DNA of 64,000 nt from Endomicrobiales bacterium (GTDB taxonomy: Bacteria > Elusimicrobiota > Endomicrobiia > Endomicrobiales > JALOBY01): contig CAWCNJ010000008.1 in the NCBI GenBank assembly GCA_963796955.1, positions 1 through 64,000 of the forward strand, read 5' to 3'. Below, piece by piece: positions 12,860 through 23,775 of this stretch. The translations under genes and the position numbers were made by a program. The first letter of the stretch is position 1. Each line of letters begins with the position of its first letter. The notes below the pieces were generated by a model. That model ran no database searches and was not told the DNA's origin. It saw only the letters and a list, made by a program, of their open reading frames with translations.

Positions 12860-12897
12860 TCAGACAGATCCGTCTGATCCAACCGATCCGACAGATC
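12858..12897. repeat. Imperfect 9-bp tandem repeat, each unit starting with GATC
   Basis: GATCAGACA-GATCCGTCT-GATCCAACC-GATCCGACA-GATC; includes the perfect 8-bp inverted repeat GATCAGAC/GTCTGATC. Confidence 0.8.
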
Positions 12898-12910
12898 AAA
12901 GGGAGACACA

Positions 12911-13310
12911 GTGGACTTTATCAAAAAACTGAAGTTTGACGACAATGGTCTTATACCGGCGGTCGTGCAGGATTGGAAAGACGGCGAAGTCCTGATGGTC
13001 GCCTATATGAACAAGGAATCCATCAAACGCACTATCAAAACAAAGAAGGCCACGTTCTGGTGCTAGATCGCGCCAGAAGTTCTGGGTAAAAGGCGAAGAA
13101 TCCGGAAACATTCAGAAAGTTAAAGAATTTAAATATGATTGCGACGGTGACTGTCTGCTGGTGAAAGTGGATCAGGTCGGCGGGTCGGCCTGCCACACCG
13201 GTTACCGCAGCTGCTTTTTCACAAAAGTAAGCACTTCCGGCGACCGCACAACGGTCAAAGGAAAACGCATTTTCGATCCCGCAAAGGTCTATAAGAAACC
13301 GCATGCTTAA
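12911..13310 (+). CDS. hisI: Phosphoribosyl-AMP cyclohydrolase (apparent +1 frameshift at ~13062; absent from ORF track)
   Basis: GTG start after GGGAG; reads [26 protein letters not shown]. Removing one base gives [35 protein letters not shown], stop at 13308-13310. Confidence 0.9.
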
Positions 13311-14775
13311 ACCTTCGAAGCAGGAATTCATAGCGCTGGCAAAAAAAGGCACGATCGTCCCGGTATACGGCGAGATCCTGGCTGATCTTGAGACGCCGGT
13401 TTCCACATTTTTGAAGCTTGCCGACGGTAAACCCTACGCGTATTTGCTGGAAAGCGTTGAAGGCGGCGAAAGATGGGGCCGCTACTCGTTCATGGCCTGG
13501 GAACCGAAGCTCATATTTCAGAGCAAGGGCAGCATGTATTCCCTGCACAAGCCAGGCGACAAACCGGCCTGGCAGAAGACCGACGACCCTATCGTTGAGC
13601 TTCACGAGATCATGAAGCGCTATACGCCGGTTCAGATAGAAGGCCTTCCGCCGTTCTGGGGCGGCGCGGTGGGCTATTTCGGCTATGACATGGTGCGTTT
13701 TATAGAGCACCTTCCCAATAAGCCGAAAGACACCATGCAGCTGCCGGACAGCACGTTCATGATAACTGATACTATCGTTATCTTCGACCATCTCAAACAT
13801 TCCGTGAAAATAGTCGTCTGCGCCGATGTAGACGGAAAAGAACCGGGTAATGTTTATGCCGAAGCAGGCAAGGCTATAGAAGGGATCATCGCGAAGCTGC
13901 GAAAACCGTTCGTTCCCAAGAAAAGCAAAAAAAATCGGACATATCCGCTGCTGTCAAACATGACGGAAAAAAAGTTCGAAGAGAACGTTCGTGCCGGACA
14001 GCGCTATATCCGTAACGGTGATATTATCCAGGTCGTGCTTTCCCAGCGGCTTATGCGGAAAACTGATGCCAAGCCATTCGATATATACCGCTCTTTAAGG
14101 CAGGTCAACCCGTCGCCTTATATGTTCTATCTGCAGCTGGGGTCCTTCGAGCTGGTCGGCTCATCGCCCGAGATACTGGTGCGAAAGGAAGGCTTACAGG
14201 CACAGACACGGCCTATCGCCGGGACCGCGCCGCGCGCCAAAGATCCCGAGGCCGAGGAGCAAGTGGCGAAAGATCTCCTGGCGGACCCTAAGGAACGGGC
14301 CGAGCACATAATGCTGGTAGACCTTGGGCGTAACGACCTGGGCCGCGTCTGCGAACCCGCGACCGTGAAAGTCCCGAACCTTATGTGCATTGAGAAATAT
14401 TCGCATGTCATGCATATCGTCTCCTACGTCACCGGCACGCTCCGTCCCGGGGCGGGACCTTTTGAATTGTTCCGGGCCTGTTTTCCGGCCGGCACTTTAA
14501 GCGGTGCGCCGAAGGTTCGCGCGATGGAAATTATCGACGAGCTGGAAGAGGGCGCCAGAGGCACCTACGGCGGCTCCGTTGGTTATTTCTCATATTCCGG
14601 CAATATGGATATGGCGATAACGATCCGCACCATGCTGGTAAAGGACGGTACCGCGTATGTGCAGGCGGGCGCGGGGATAGTTGCGGATTCGGTGCCGAAA
14701 AAGGAATATCTGGAATCGCGAAATAAAGCAGCCGCGCTTTTTGCCGCTATAGATAAGGCGGAAGAGGGCTTATGA
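13303..14775 (+). CDS. trpE: Anthranilate synthase component I
   Basis: [57 protein letters not shown]. Confidence 0.96.
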   Translation: MLKPSKQEFIALAKKGTIVPVYGEILADLETPVSTFLKLADGKPYAYLLESVEGGERWGRYSFMAWEPKLIFQSKGSMYSLHKPGDKPAWQKTDDPIVELHEIMKRYTPVQIEGLPPFWGGAVGYFGYDMVRFIEHLPNKPKDTMQLPDSTFMITDTIVIFDHLKHSVKIVVCADVDGKEPGNVYAEAGKAIEGIIAKLRKPFVPKKSKKNRTYPLLSNMTEKKFEENVRAGQRYIRNGDIIQVVLSQRLMRKTDAKPFDIYRSLRQVNPSPYMFYLQLGSFELVGSSPEILVRKEGLQAQTRPIAGTAPRAKDPEAEEQVAKDLLADPKERAEHIMLVDLGRNDLGRVCEPATVKVPNLMCIEKYSHVMHIVSYVTGTLRPGAGPFELFRACFPAGTLSGAPKVRAMEIIDELEEGARGTYGGSVGYFSYSGNMDMAITIRTMLVKDGTAYVQAGAGIVADSVPKKEYLESRNKAAALFAAIDKAEEGL

Positions 14776-15334
14776 TCCTGGTCATAGACAACTACGATTC
14801 ATTCACGTATAACATTGTTCAATATCTTTACGAATGGGATAAGAACGTCAGGGTTTTCGTAACGACCATATAACGATAGACCAGATCAAAGAACTGGCGC
14901 CGGACAAGATAGTGATATCTCCGGGCCCCGGCAACCCGAAACAGGCGGGGATATCTATGGATGTTATCCGGACGTTCGCGGGCAAGATCCCTATCCTCGG
15001 CGTGTGTCTTGGCCATCAGTGTATCGGCGAGGTTTTTGGCGGAAAGGTAGTGCGCGCCGAACGCCTGATGCACGGTAAGACATCGCCGATCATGCACGAC
15101 GGTAAAGGTGTTTTTAAAGGTTTGAAGGACTGTTTCGACGCAACGCGCTACCATTCCTTGCTCGTTGAAAACAGCTCCCTTCCTTCGTGCCTTACTGTCA
15201 GCGCCCGTACAAAAGAGGGCGAGATCATGGGCCTGCGTCATAAAAAATTGGATGTGGAAGGCGTACAGTTCCACCCGGAATCGGTGCTGACCTGCGAAGG
15301 CAAGAAATTATTAAGGAATTTTGCTAAGAAATGA
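14772..15334 (+). CDS. trpG: Anthranilate synthase component II (apparent -1 frameshift at TTTT 14854-14857)
   Basis: ATG 14772 reads [19 protein letters not shown]. One extra T joins it to RND..ISPGPG, GVCLGHQ, HGKTS, RYHSL, QFHPES. Confidence 0.92.
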
Positions 15335-16383
15335 TAAAAGACACGATAGCGAAACTGGTAAAGCGGGAAGATCTCTCCGAGAAGGAAGCCGCCGATACGA
15401 TGTCGGAGATCATGTCCGGTGAAACGACCGATGCACAGATCGGATCCTTCATCACCGCCCTTCGCATGAAAGGCGAAACGGTTGATGAGATCACCGGCTG
15501 CGCGCGTATCATGCGGGCATTCGCGACACCGGTGAACGTGCATACGAATGTCGATATCGACCGCGAAGATATTTGTATAGACCGGGAAACGATCATCGAC
15601 ACCTGCGGCACGGGCGGCGACGGGACCGGCACTTTTAATGTTTCAACGGCCTCGGCGTTCGTGGTCGCTGCCTGCGGTCTTATGGTGGCAAAGCACGGTA
15701 ACCGGTCGGTCTCAAGCGCCTGCGGCAGCGCCGATGTGCTTGAATCGCTGGGCGTCAATATTAACAGTTCGACGGCAAAAGTAGAGGAATGCCTGAGAAC
15801 GCTGGGGATCGGTTTTTTATACGCGACGTTAATGCACGGCGCCATGAAGTACGCGATCGGTCCGCGCAAGCAGATAGGCGTTCGCACGATCTTCAATATT
15901 CTCGGCCCGCTTACTAATCCTGCGCGGGCAACGGCACAGGTGTTGGGCGTCTATAGCGCCGATCTGACTGAAAAAATGGCGGGTGTGCTGAAGAATTTAG
16001 GGGCGCGCAAGGCCTGGGTGGTGCACGGCATGGACGGCCTTGATGAGCTGACGACTTGCGCGGAGACCAGAGTAACTGAATTGTCGAACGGCGCTTTAAG
16101 AACCTTCACTATAACCCCCGAGCAATATTGTTTAAAACGGGCAACGCTTGCCGACATAAAAGGCGGCAGTGCCGCTGAAAATGCCTGCATAATCAAGAAT
16201 GTGCTATCAGGCGCCACCGGTCCGCAACGGGATATTGTATTGCTCAACGCTGGCGCCGCATTGTTCGTCGGCGATAAGGCGGCCTCGGTGAGCGAAGGTA
16301 TTACGCTTGCTGCCCAGGCCATAGATTCGGGCAGGGCAAAAGAAAAACTGTCGCAGCTGGCAGCACTGACCGGGCAGGAGTAA
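15331..16383 (+). CDS. trpD: Anthranilate phosphoribosyltransferase
   Basis: [43 protein letters not shown]. Confidence 0.96.
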   Translation: MIKDTIAKLVKREDLSEKEAADTMSEIMSGETTDAQIGSFITALRMKGETVDEITGCARIMRAFATPVNVHTNVDIDREDICIDRETIIDTCGTGGDGTGTFNVSTASAFVVAACGLMVAKHGNRSVSSACGSADVLESLGVNINSSTAKVEECLRTLGIGFLYATLMHGAMKYAIGPRKQIGVRTIFNILGPLTNPARATAQVLGVYSADLTEKMAGVLKNLGARKAWVVHGMDGLDELTTCAETRVTELSNGALRTFTITPEQYCLKRATLADIKGGSAAENACIIKNVLSGATGPQRDIVLLNAGAALFVGDKAASVSEGITLAAQAIDSGRAKEKLSQLAALTGQE

Positions 16384-16384
16384 T

Positions 16385-17170
16385 ATGGCCGGCATTCTTG
16401 ATGAGATCGTCACGAAAAAGTTGGTATCATTAGAGAAGGCAAAGAGCGTCATTTCCCCCGATGCTATACGTGATATGGCCGGGGCCAAAAAGGCTGCTCA
16501 CCTTTTCATACAGTCGCTTTCAAAACCCGGTTTACGGATAATCGCTGAAATAAAAGAGGCCAGCCCTTCCAGGGGCGTGATACGCTACAATTTCAACCCT
16601 GTGGAGATAGCGATGGAGTATACGGCTGCAGGCGCCGCTGCCATATCCGTGCTAACGGAAGAGAATTATTTCCTGGGCTCGCTTAAATATATCAGACAGG
16701 TGAAAACCGCGACAAATCTGCCGGTGCTGCGCAAAGATTTTTTAACCGACCCCTACCAGATCTATGAAGCGCGGGTGAACGGAGCCGACGCGGTATTGCT
16801 GATCGCTTCTCTGCTGAACGCGAACCAGATCACCACGATGCTGGCGATTGCCGAGGGTCTGGGTATGGATTGCCTGGTAGAAGTGCACAACGCGGAAGAA
16901 CTGCAGAAAGTGCTTGCGACTCCGGCCAAGATAATAGGCATAAACAATAGGAACCTTTCAACGCTGACGGTTGACCTGGGGACTGCTCAAGAGCTTTCAA
17001 AGAGCATGCCGGCGGACCGGTTGATCGTCGTCGAAAGCGGCATTGAAAAATACGACGATATCAAACAATATCAAGGCAGCAATATCAACTGTTTCCTGAT
17101 AGGCGAGACCTTTATGAAAAGCGGCAATATCAAAGCGAAATTCAAGGAACTGACCAATGGCAAAAATTAA
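16385..17170 (+). CDS. trpC: Indole-3-glycerol phosphate synthase
   Basis: IAEIKEASPS, ISVLTE, LRKDF, GINNRNL, ESGI. Confidence 0.95.
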   Translation: MAGILDEIVTKKLVSLEKAKSVISPDAIRDMAGAKKAAHLFIQSLSKPGLRIIAEIKEASPSRGVIRYNFNPVEIAMEYTAAGAAAISVLTEENYFLGSLKYIRQVKTATNLPVLRKDFLTDPYQIYEARVNGADAVLLIASLLNANQITTMLAIAEGLGMDCLVEVHNAEELQKVLATPAKIIGINNRNLSTLTVDLGTAQELSKSMPADRLIVVESGIEKYDDIKQYQGSNINCFLIGETFMKSGNIKAKFKELTNGKN

Positions 17171-17789
17171 GATCTGCGGCATAACAAAAGAAGAGGATGC
17201 ATCGCTGGCAATGAGCCTGGGAGCCGACTATCTCGGCTTCAATTTCTTTAAAGACAGCGCCAGAAAGGTTTCACCCAAGATGGTCGATGAGATCATGGGG
17301 AAACTGCCGCCGTTCGTGGTTCCGGTAGGGGTTTTCGTTGATGAAGACCCGAAAGAACTTGGTAAAGTGGTTAAGCGCTCGGGTATAAAAATGCTTCAGC
17401 TGCACGGCAACGAAAGCCCTGATATCTGTAAGTCGTTGAAAGATTCCCTCGGATTGCCGGTCATAAAAGGGTTTCGAGTTGCAGATGATTCCATTATTGA
17501 AACTATTAAGCCCTATCTGGATGTCATAGATTATATTTTACTCGACACATACGTTGAAGGCGAAGCCGGCGGGACCGGCAAAACCTTTAACTGGGACATT
17601 GCGGTCAAGGTTAAAGAGCTGGGTAAGCCCCTGTTCCTTGCCGGCGGCCTGACACCGGAGAACGTGGAAGAGGCCGTTGAAAAAGTAAATCCGTTCGCCG
17701 TTGACACCGCTTCCGGCGTAGAGCGCCTGCCGAGGCGGAAGGATTACGATAAGATGAAAGCCTTTATTCGCGCGGCAAAGGGGCTTTGA
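17157..17789 (+). CDS. trpF: Phosphoribosylanthranilate isomerase
   Basis: KICGIT, QLHGNE, GGTGKTFNW, LAGGLTPENV, VDTASGVE. Confidence 0.95.
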   Translation: MAKIKICGITKEEDASLAMSLGADYLGFNFFKDSARKVSPKMVDEIMGKLPPFVVPVGVFVDEDPKELGKVVKRSGIKMLQLHGNESPDICKSLKDSLGLPVIKGFRVADDSIIETIKPYLDVIDYILLDTYVEGEAGGTGKTFNWDIAVKVKELGKPLFLAGGLTPENVEEAVEKVNPFAVDTASGVERLPRRKDYDKMKAFIRAAKGL

Positions 17790-17790
17790 A

Positions 17791-18759
17791 ATGGCAGACG
17801 TGATACTTGCTACCGCAAAGCGTACCATACAGATAGAGGCAAAAGCGGTCGCCTCGCAACTTGCGCATCTTGACAAAAATTTCGTTGAAGCCGTCCGGAT
17901 CATTTCGGAATGCCAAAGCCGCCTGGTGGTAATGGGTATAGGCAAATCAGGTTTGATAGGACGCAAGATCTCCGCCACCATGTCGTCAGTGGGGATCCCT
18001 TCAGTCTTTCAACATCCCGCTGAGTGTCTGCATGGGGATCTTGGCATGCTGATGGCGGGCGATGTAGTGCTGATGCTTTCGTATACCGGTGAAAGCGATG
18101 AAATAAAGAAGGTTCTCTCGGCGGTCAATAACTTCGGTATCCGTGTGATCGCCATGACCGGTAAGCCGGGAGCCAAGGCGTGGAAGAACGCCGCCTGCAT
18201 TGTTAATTCGTCAATTGAACGCGAAGCCTGCCCGTTCAATATCGCGCCGACGTCTTCGACCACCGCGATGCTGGCGCTGGGTGATGCGCTGGCGCTATGC
18301 GCTTCGCAGAAAAAAGGTTTCAAGCTGGAACAGCTGGCCAGCTTTCATCCCGGCGGCGGGATCGGTAAAAGGATCACCACAAAGGTTGCAGATATCATGC
18401 GTTCCGGCAGGGAGAATCCTAAAATTTCAGAATCTGCTTCTTTGAGCCAGGCCCTCATGGTCATGACAAAAACACGGCGCGGAGCCGCTATCGCAGTCAA
18501 TAAAGCCGGCAAACTTTCGGGGTTCTTTACCGACGGTGATCTGCGCAGAAAACTCCAGGCTGACCCGGCCCTGCTTTCAAGGCGCCTTAAAGATGTTATG
18601 ACTAAAGATCCAAAAACAGTTGAACCCGATATGCTTGCCGCCGATGCGGCAAAATTGCTGAAGAAGCTGAGAGTAGATAACATGCCGGTCGTTGACGCGA
18701 AAGGCCGGCCTATCGGCATAATAGACGAACAAGACCTGCTCGCTGAAGGAATAGTATGA
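17791..18759 (+). CDS. kdsD: KpsF/GutQ family arabinose-5-phosphate isomerase (SIS + 2 CBS)
   Basis: [45 protein letters not shown] pair. Confidence 0.92.
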   Translation: MADVILATAKRTIQIEAKAVASQLAHLDKNFVEAVRIISECQSRLVVMGIGKSGLIGRKISATMSSVGIPSVFQHPAECLHGDLGMLMAGDVVLMLSYTGESDEIKKVLSAVNNFGIRVIAMTGKPGAKAWKNAACIVNSSIEREACPFNIAPTSSTTAMLALGDALALCASQKKGFKLEQLASFHPGGGIGKRITTKVADIMRSGRENPKISESASLSQALMVMTKTRRGAAIAVNKAGKLSGFFTDGDLRRKLQADPALLSRRLKDVMTKDPKTVEPDMLAADAAKLLKKLRVDNMPVVDAKGRPIGIIDEQDLLAEGIV

Positions 18760-19904
18760 AAAAAACTGGATACTTTGGTGAATTTGGCGGACGGTTCGTT
18801 CCGGAAACGCTGCTTGCGCCGTTAACGGAACTGGACAATGAATACCGCAAGGTGCAGAAAGATGCCTCCTTCAAGGCTGAACTTGACCATTACCTTAAGG
18901 ATTTTGTCGGCCGGCCGACGCCCTTGTATTTCGCCGAACGCCTGAGTGAGCATTTTGGCGGGGCTAAGATCTATTTAAAACGCGAAGACCTGTGCCATAC
19001 CGGTTCCCATAAATTGAATAACGCTCTGGGGCAGGTGCTGCTTGCGAAGAGGCTTGGAAAAAAACGAGTTATAGCGGAAACCGGCGCGGGGCAGCACGGG
19101 GTTGCGACGGCCACGGCGGCCGCGCTGCTTGGCCTGGAATGCGAAATATTCATGGGAACCGACGACGTAAAAAGACAGGCATTGAATGTCTATAGAATGC
19201 AGCTGATGGGCGCGAAGGTGAACCCGGTTTCATCGGGGACCAGGACGCTTAAAGACGCGATCAATGAAGCGATGCGCGACTGGGTTTCAACCGTTAAGAC
19301 TACCTTTTATTGTGTCGGCTCAGTTATGTGCGCCGCGCCGTATCCTCTGATGGTGCGCAATTTTCAGTCTGTTATCGGCAAGGAAGCCCGCGCACAGATA
19401 TTAAAATATGAAGGCAAATTGCCGAAGGCTGTGGTCGCCTGCGTGGGCGGCGGCAGTAATTCGATCGGCTTGTTCCACGCCTTTTTCAACGATAAAGAGG
19501 TAAAAATGGTCGGTTTGGAAGCGGCCGGCGCGGCCACGCTCTCGAACGGTACCGTCGGTTATCTTCACGGAATGAAAACGTATGTTCTTCAGGACAAGGA
19601 TGGGCAGATCTGCGGTACCCATTCTATTTCCGCGGGTCTTGATTATCCGGGTATCGGCCCGGAACACAGTTACTATCGCGACAGCGGCCGCGCTGAATAT
19701 CATCCGATAAATGACGCGCAGTGCCTGAAAGCGTTCTCACTGCTTTCTAAAAAAGAAGGCATCATACCGGCGCTGGAGTCAGCCCATGCCTTTGCCTGGC
19801 TGCCAAACCTTGCTCCTAAATTAAAGAAGTCGGACAGCATCATCGTGTGTCTCTCCGGCCGCGGCGATAAAGACGTTGACTCGATAAGGGCGTTAATAAA
19901 ATGA
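18756..19904 (+). CDS. trpB: Tryptophan synthase beta chain
   Basis: [54 protein letters not shown]. Confidence 0.97.
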   Translation: MKKTGYFGEFGGRFVPETLLAPLTELDNEYRKVQKDASFKAELDHYLKDFVGRPTPLYFAERLSEHFGGAKIYLKREDLCHTGSHKLNNALGQVLLAKRLGKKRVIAETGAGQHGVATATAAALLGLECEIFMGTDDVKRQALNVYRMQLMGAKVNPVSSGTRTLKDAINEAMRDWVSTVKTTFYCVGSVMCAAPYPLMVRNFQSVIGKEARAQILKYEGKLPKAVVACVGGGSNSIGLFHAFFNDKEVKMVGLEAAGAATLSNGTVGYLHGMKTYVLQDKDGQICGTHSISAGLDYPGIGPEHSYYRDSGRAEYHPINDAQCLKAFSLLSKKEGIIPALESAHAFAWLPNLAPKLKKSDSIIVCLSGRGDKDVDSIRALIK

Positions 19905-20698
19905 ACAGGCTCGATATTAAACTTAAAGACTTGAAGCAGACCGGCAGAAAAGCGCTGGTGGCTTTTGTCACGGCCGGATACCCGTCGCTCAGTGAGACGG
20001 TCAAGATAGTGCGTGATATTGAGACCGCCGGCGCCGATATTATTGAGCTGGGAGTTCCTTTTTCGGACCCGATAGCGGACGGTCCCACCATTCAGGCTTC
20101 GTCTGAGAAGGCACTGCGCAATGGCGCGACGCTCGGGAAGATACTGAAGATCGTTGAAGCGATACGCAGAAACAGTGATATACCGATACTTTTGATGGGT
20201 TATCTGAACCCTTTTACCCGCCACGGCGTGAGCAAGACGATGAAGGCGGTAAAGGCTTCGGGTGTCGACGGTCTTATTATCCCGGATGTGACGATAGAAG
20301 AAGGCGGGTTCATTAAGGCAGAGACCGATAAGAACGATCTTTCACTGGTACAGTTCGTTGCGCCCAATACGCCGCAGAAGCGCATGAAAACGATAGACCA
20401 CGCCGCCGACAGCTTTGTGTACGTAGTGTCAATAACGGGTGTGACGGGAAAACGCGCTGCCATGCCCTCGCAGCTGCAGGGGTACCTGGCCTCTACCGGT
20501 AAAGAAATGCGCCATATGCGTTTCATGGGTTTCGGTATTTCCGGCCCCGAACAGGTACGTGCCTATAAAGGATACGTCGACGGTGTTATTATCGGTTCCG
20601 CCCTGGTAAATATCATAGAACAGAACAAATCAGCTGCAAAACGTTCTGAGGCTATACAGAAGTTTATCTTAAGCATCAGGTCCGCTCTTGATGCATAG
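19901..20698 (+). CDS. trpA: Tryptophan synthase alpha chain
   Basis: [36 protein letters not shown]. Confidence 0.96.
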   Translation: MNRLDIKLKDLKQTGRKALVAFVTAGYPSLSETVKIVRDIETAGADIIELGVPFSDPIADGPTIQASSEKALRNGATLGKILKIVEAIRRNSDIPILLMGYLNPFTRHGVSKTMKAVKASGVDGLIIPDVTIEEGGFIKAETDKNDLSLVQFVAPNTPQKRMKTIDHAADSFVYVVSITGVTGKRAAMPSQLQGYLASTGKEMRHMRFMGFGISGPEQVRAYKGYVDGVIIGSALVNIIEQNKSAAKRSEAIQKFILSIRSALDA

Positions 20699-20740
20699 TT
20701 GTTGTTCTAAACGCTAGACGCTATTTTCAGGGAGAAAATT

Positions 20741-21544
20741 ATGCCAGTAAAAACACATCACAGCGAAAAAAAAGAGATCCCGCACGGCGTATGGACAAAA
20801 TGTAAAAAATGCGAGCAGATCATCTTCCAAAAAGAGCTCGACGAGAATTTTCAGATATGCCCTAAATGCGGTTATTATTTTCGCCTCGGCTCAGCCGAGC
20901 GCATTAACCAGCTCACCGAACCCGGTTCGTTCAAAGAGCTGGACGCTCATTTGGTGTCCTGTGATCCGCTTGGTTTCCCTGACTATGGCAATAAATTAAA
21001 AAAAGCCGCGCACCTTAAGGATGCCATAACTACCGGCGAGGCTTTGATCGGCAAATATCCTGTGGTCATCGGCGTCATGGATTTTTCATTCATGGGCGGC
21101 AGCATGGGTTCCGTTGTAGGCGAAAAGATCGTGCGCGCAGCTGAGCGCGCCGTCAAGAAAAAATGCGCTCTTATCATTGTATCGGCTTCGGGCGGCGCAC
21201 GTATGCAGGAAGGCATGTTCTCTCTGATGCAGATGGCCAAGACAAGCGCCGCGCTTGCCATGCTTGGCGAACACGGCCTTCCGTATATCGCGTTGCTTGC
21301 GGACCCTACGACGGGTGGTGTGACCGCTTCTTTCGCGATGCTGGGCGATGTTATAATAGCCGAGCCCAAAGCGCTGATCGGTTTTGCCGGCCCCAGAGTG
21401 ATCGAGCAGACCATCCGCCAACAACTGCCGGAAGGGTTTCAGCTTTCTGAGTTCCTGGAAGCGCATGGCATGGTCGACGTTATCAGCGAGAGAAAAGACC
21501 TGAAGACCAATATCATCAAGGTGCTGGATTTCTTTAATTTGTAA
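20741..21544 (+). CDS. accD: Acetyl-CoA carboxylase carboxyltransferase beta subunit
   Basis: WTKCKKC..CPKC zinc ribbon, FMGGSMGSVVGEK, SGGARMQE, PTTGGVTASFA. Confidence 0.96.
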   Translation: MPVKTHHSEKKEIPHGVWTKCKKCEQIIFQKELDENFQICPKCGYYFRLGSAERINQLTEPGSFKELDAHLVSCDPLGFPDYGNKLKKAAHLKDAITTGEALIGKYPVVIGVMDFSFMGGSMGSVVGEKIVRAAERAVKKKCALIIVSASGGARMQEGMFSLMQMAKTSAALAMLGEHGLPYIALLADPTTGGVTASFAMLGDVIIAEPKALIGFAGPRVIEQTIRQQLPEGFQLSEFLEAHGMVDVISERKDLKTNIIKVLDFFNL

Positions 21545-22815
21545 TGATAGATCTGGGACAGTGGCAAAAACAGGAATATACCGGTATGAAACCGGGTCTC
21601 TCCCGTATAAGAAGGTTCCTGAAATGCTTCGGCGATCCTCAAAGATCTTTTAAAACAGTTCATATAGCAGGGACGAACGGCAAAGGTTCGACCACAGCCA
21701 TGATCGCCTCAGTGCTTTGCGAGGCCGGTTACAAGACAGGTTTGTACACCTCTCCGCACTTGTGCAATATACGCGAACGTGTTAAGCTGAATGGCCATGA
21801 TATACCTGATGCCGCTATCAACAGGATCAGCAAGAGGCTGAGCGGCCCGGCACAGGCTGCCGGTTTAAGTTATTTTGAGTTCATAACGGCGGTCGCTTTT
21901 ATATATTTTGATGAAGAAAAAGCTGATATAGCCGTCCTTGAGACAGGTCTCGGCGGCAGGCTGGACGCGACGAACGTTGTGCAGCATCCGCTGGTAAGTG
22001 TCATAACCGGCATCGATCACGACCATACTAAGCTTCTCGGCACGAGCCTGGGCCGTATCGCGGGGGAAAAAGCCGGCATTATCAAATCCGGTGTGCCGGT
22101 GATCTGCGGTCATATGACAAAGGCCGCGCTCGATGTTATCAAGGCAAAAGCTTGTAGCTCCGGCTCCCAAGTCTTTGTTGCGGGAAAAGATTTCTTATCA
22201 ATAAGCTGCCTGACAAATTGGAACAAAGGTTTTCAGGTGGTCAAATATACCGGTCCAAAATGGGACCGGGAGTTCGTAGTCGGACTAGTCGGTAAATTTC
22301 AGGCGCTGAACGCGGGAACGGCTTTGGCGGCCGCAGAAGTGCTTAATACCCGCGGTTTAAAGATATCGGCGAAGGCTGTTCAGGCGGGGCTCTTGAAAGT
22401 CAGTTGGCCCGCCCGTTTTCAGATCGTTCGCCGCGGTCAACAGCTATTAATAATAGACGGGGCACACAACCCCGGCGCCATGAGAAAGCTGGTCGAGACA
22501 TTTAACGGATCGCCATGGGCGGGATGTAAGCCGCATATCATGTACGGTTCTGTTAAAGATAAGGATTATACACGTAATATTTCAATATTGTCAAAGATCG
22601 CCGGTAACGTTGTTGTTACTGCTCTTGATACACCGCGCACGGCCTCGGCGGCTGAACTGTGCATACCATGGCTTAAGAAAGGTATCACTGCTACCCGGGC
22701 AGCGTCTGCGAAAGATGCGTTGTCAAAAATGAAAAGTTCCAAAGTGTGTCTGGTCGCCGGTTCGCTGTTCCTGGCGGGGGAAATATTAAACATTCTTAAT
22801 TTACAAGGAAGGTGA
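21544..22815 (+). CDS. folC: Folylpolyglutamate synthase/dihydrofolate synthase
   Basis: HIAGTNGKGST, YTSPHL, ETGLGGRLDATN, EKAGIIK, DGAHNP, GSLFL. Confidence 0.95.
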   Translation: MIDLGQWQKQEYTGMKPGLSRIRRFLKCFGDPQRSFKTVHIAGTNGKGSTTAMIASVLCEAGYKTGLYTSPHLCNIRERVKLNGHDIPDAAINRISKRLSGPAQAAGLSYFEFITAVAFIYFDEEKADIAVLETGLGGRLDATNVVQHPLVSVITGIDHDHTKLLGTSLGRIAGEKAGIIKSGVPVICGHMTKAALDVIKAKACSSGSQVFVAGKDFLSISCLTNWNKGFQVVKYTGPKWDREFVVGLVGKFQALNAGTALAAAEVLNTRGLKISAKAVQAGLLKVSWPARFQIVRRGQQLLIIDGAHNPGAMRKLVETFNGSPWAGCKPHIMYGSVKDKDYTRNISILSKIAGNVVVTALDTPRTASAAELCIPWLKKGITATRAASAKDALSKMKSSKVCLVAGSLFLAGEILNILNLQGR

Positions 22816-22818
22816 AAA

Positions 22819-23754
22819 ATGGCAAAACTATTTTTGGGCATCGATCTGGGCGGCACTGTTGTCAAACTTGCCGTCGTTGACGCTAAAGGATCCATTGTCG
22901 AACAGCATACATTCAGTAATTGTGATCACGAACCCTCGGTCGTGGTAAAAAAGATCATAGGGCACTACCAGGCTTTAGCGTATAAAGGAAAGCTCAGCGG
23001 TACGGGAATAGGCGTTGCCGGCGATATCGACCAGAAAAAAGGAATTGTCCGTTTTTCGCCTAATCTTGGTTGGAAGAACCTGCAACTAAAGAAAATGCTG
23101 GAGAAGCATTTGCCGCTGCCCATAAGCATGGACAACGACGCCAACGCGGCTGCCTGGGGCGCCTTCTGGCTTGAAACAAAGGGCAAGGTCAAAAATATGA
23201 TCTGCATAACCCTGGGTACCGGTGTCGGCGGCGGGGTGATCTGTAACGGTAATATTATGCTCGGCGCGACCGGCACGGCCGGAGAGATAGGCCACATGAC
23301 CTTTGATCCGGACGGACCCAGGTGCAACTGCGGCAACAATGGGTGTATTGAACGCTATGTCGGCGCCCAGTATCTGGCTGATAACGTTCGCGAGCGTATA
23401 GCCAAAGGCGAGCATTCGCAGATGTCCGAACTGGTAAAAGGCGAACATGCCGCGATCACGCCTGAGATCATCACGATAGCCGCCAAGAACGGCGATAAGC
23501 TGGCGACCAGTATCTGGTACGAGGCCGGTGAACGCCTGGGAATAGTTTTTGCAAGCCTGATCAATGCCCTGAACCCTGAAATGATCGTGCTGGCGGGCGG
23601 GGTAAGCAAATCTGGCGATCTTATCATGAAGCCGATCAAAGAGACCGTCAAAAAAAGAGCATTTAACACCGCGGCAAAGGCCTGCAAGATCGTTTTCGCG
23701 CGCAACACCCAGCATCTGGGCGTGGCAGGCGCAGCTTTGCTGGCTGCCCGATAA
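22819..23754 (+). CDS. ROK family sugar kinase (glucokinase-like)
   Basis: GIDLGGT, NDANAAA, TLGTGVGGG, GEIGH..CNCGNNGCIE; no N-terminal HTH. Confidence 0.88.
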   Translation: MAKLFLGIDLGGTVVKLAVVDAKGSIVEQHTFSNCDHEPSVVVKKIIGHYQALAYKGKLSGTGIGVAGDIDQKKGIVRFSPNLGWKNLQLKKMLEKHLPLPISMDNDANAAAWGAFWLETKGKVKNMICITLGTGVGGGVICNGNIMLGATGTAGEIGHMTFDPDGPRCNCGNNGCIERYVGAQYLADNVRERIAKGEHSQMSELVKGEHAAITPEIITIAAKNGDKLATSIWYEAGERLGIVFASLINALNPEMIVLAGGVSKSGDLIMKPIKETVKKRAFNTAAKACKIVFARNTQHLGVAGAALLAAR

Positions 23755-23775
23755 AACACAGGACGCTTCCGCATA

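Noticed and set aside
12858..12897. CRISPR or iteron interpretation of the GATC repeat
   Set aside because: Units are only 9 bp, with no spacers, cas genes or rep gene.
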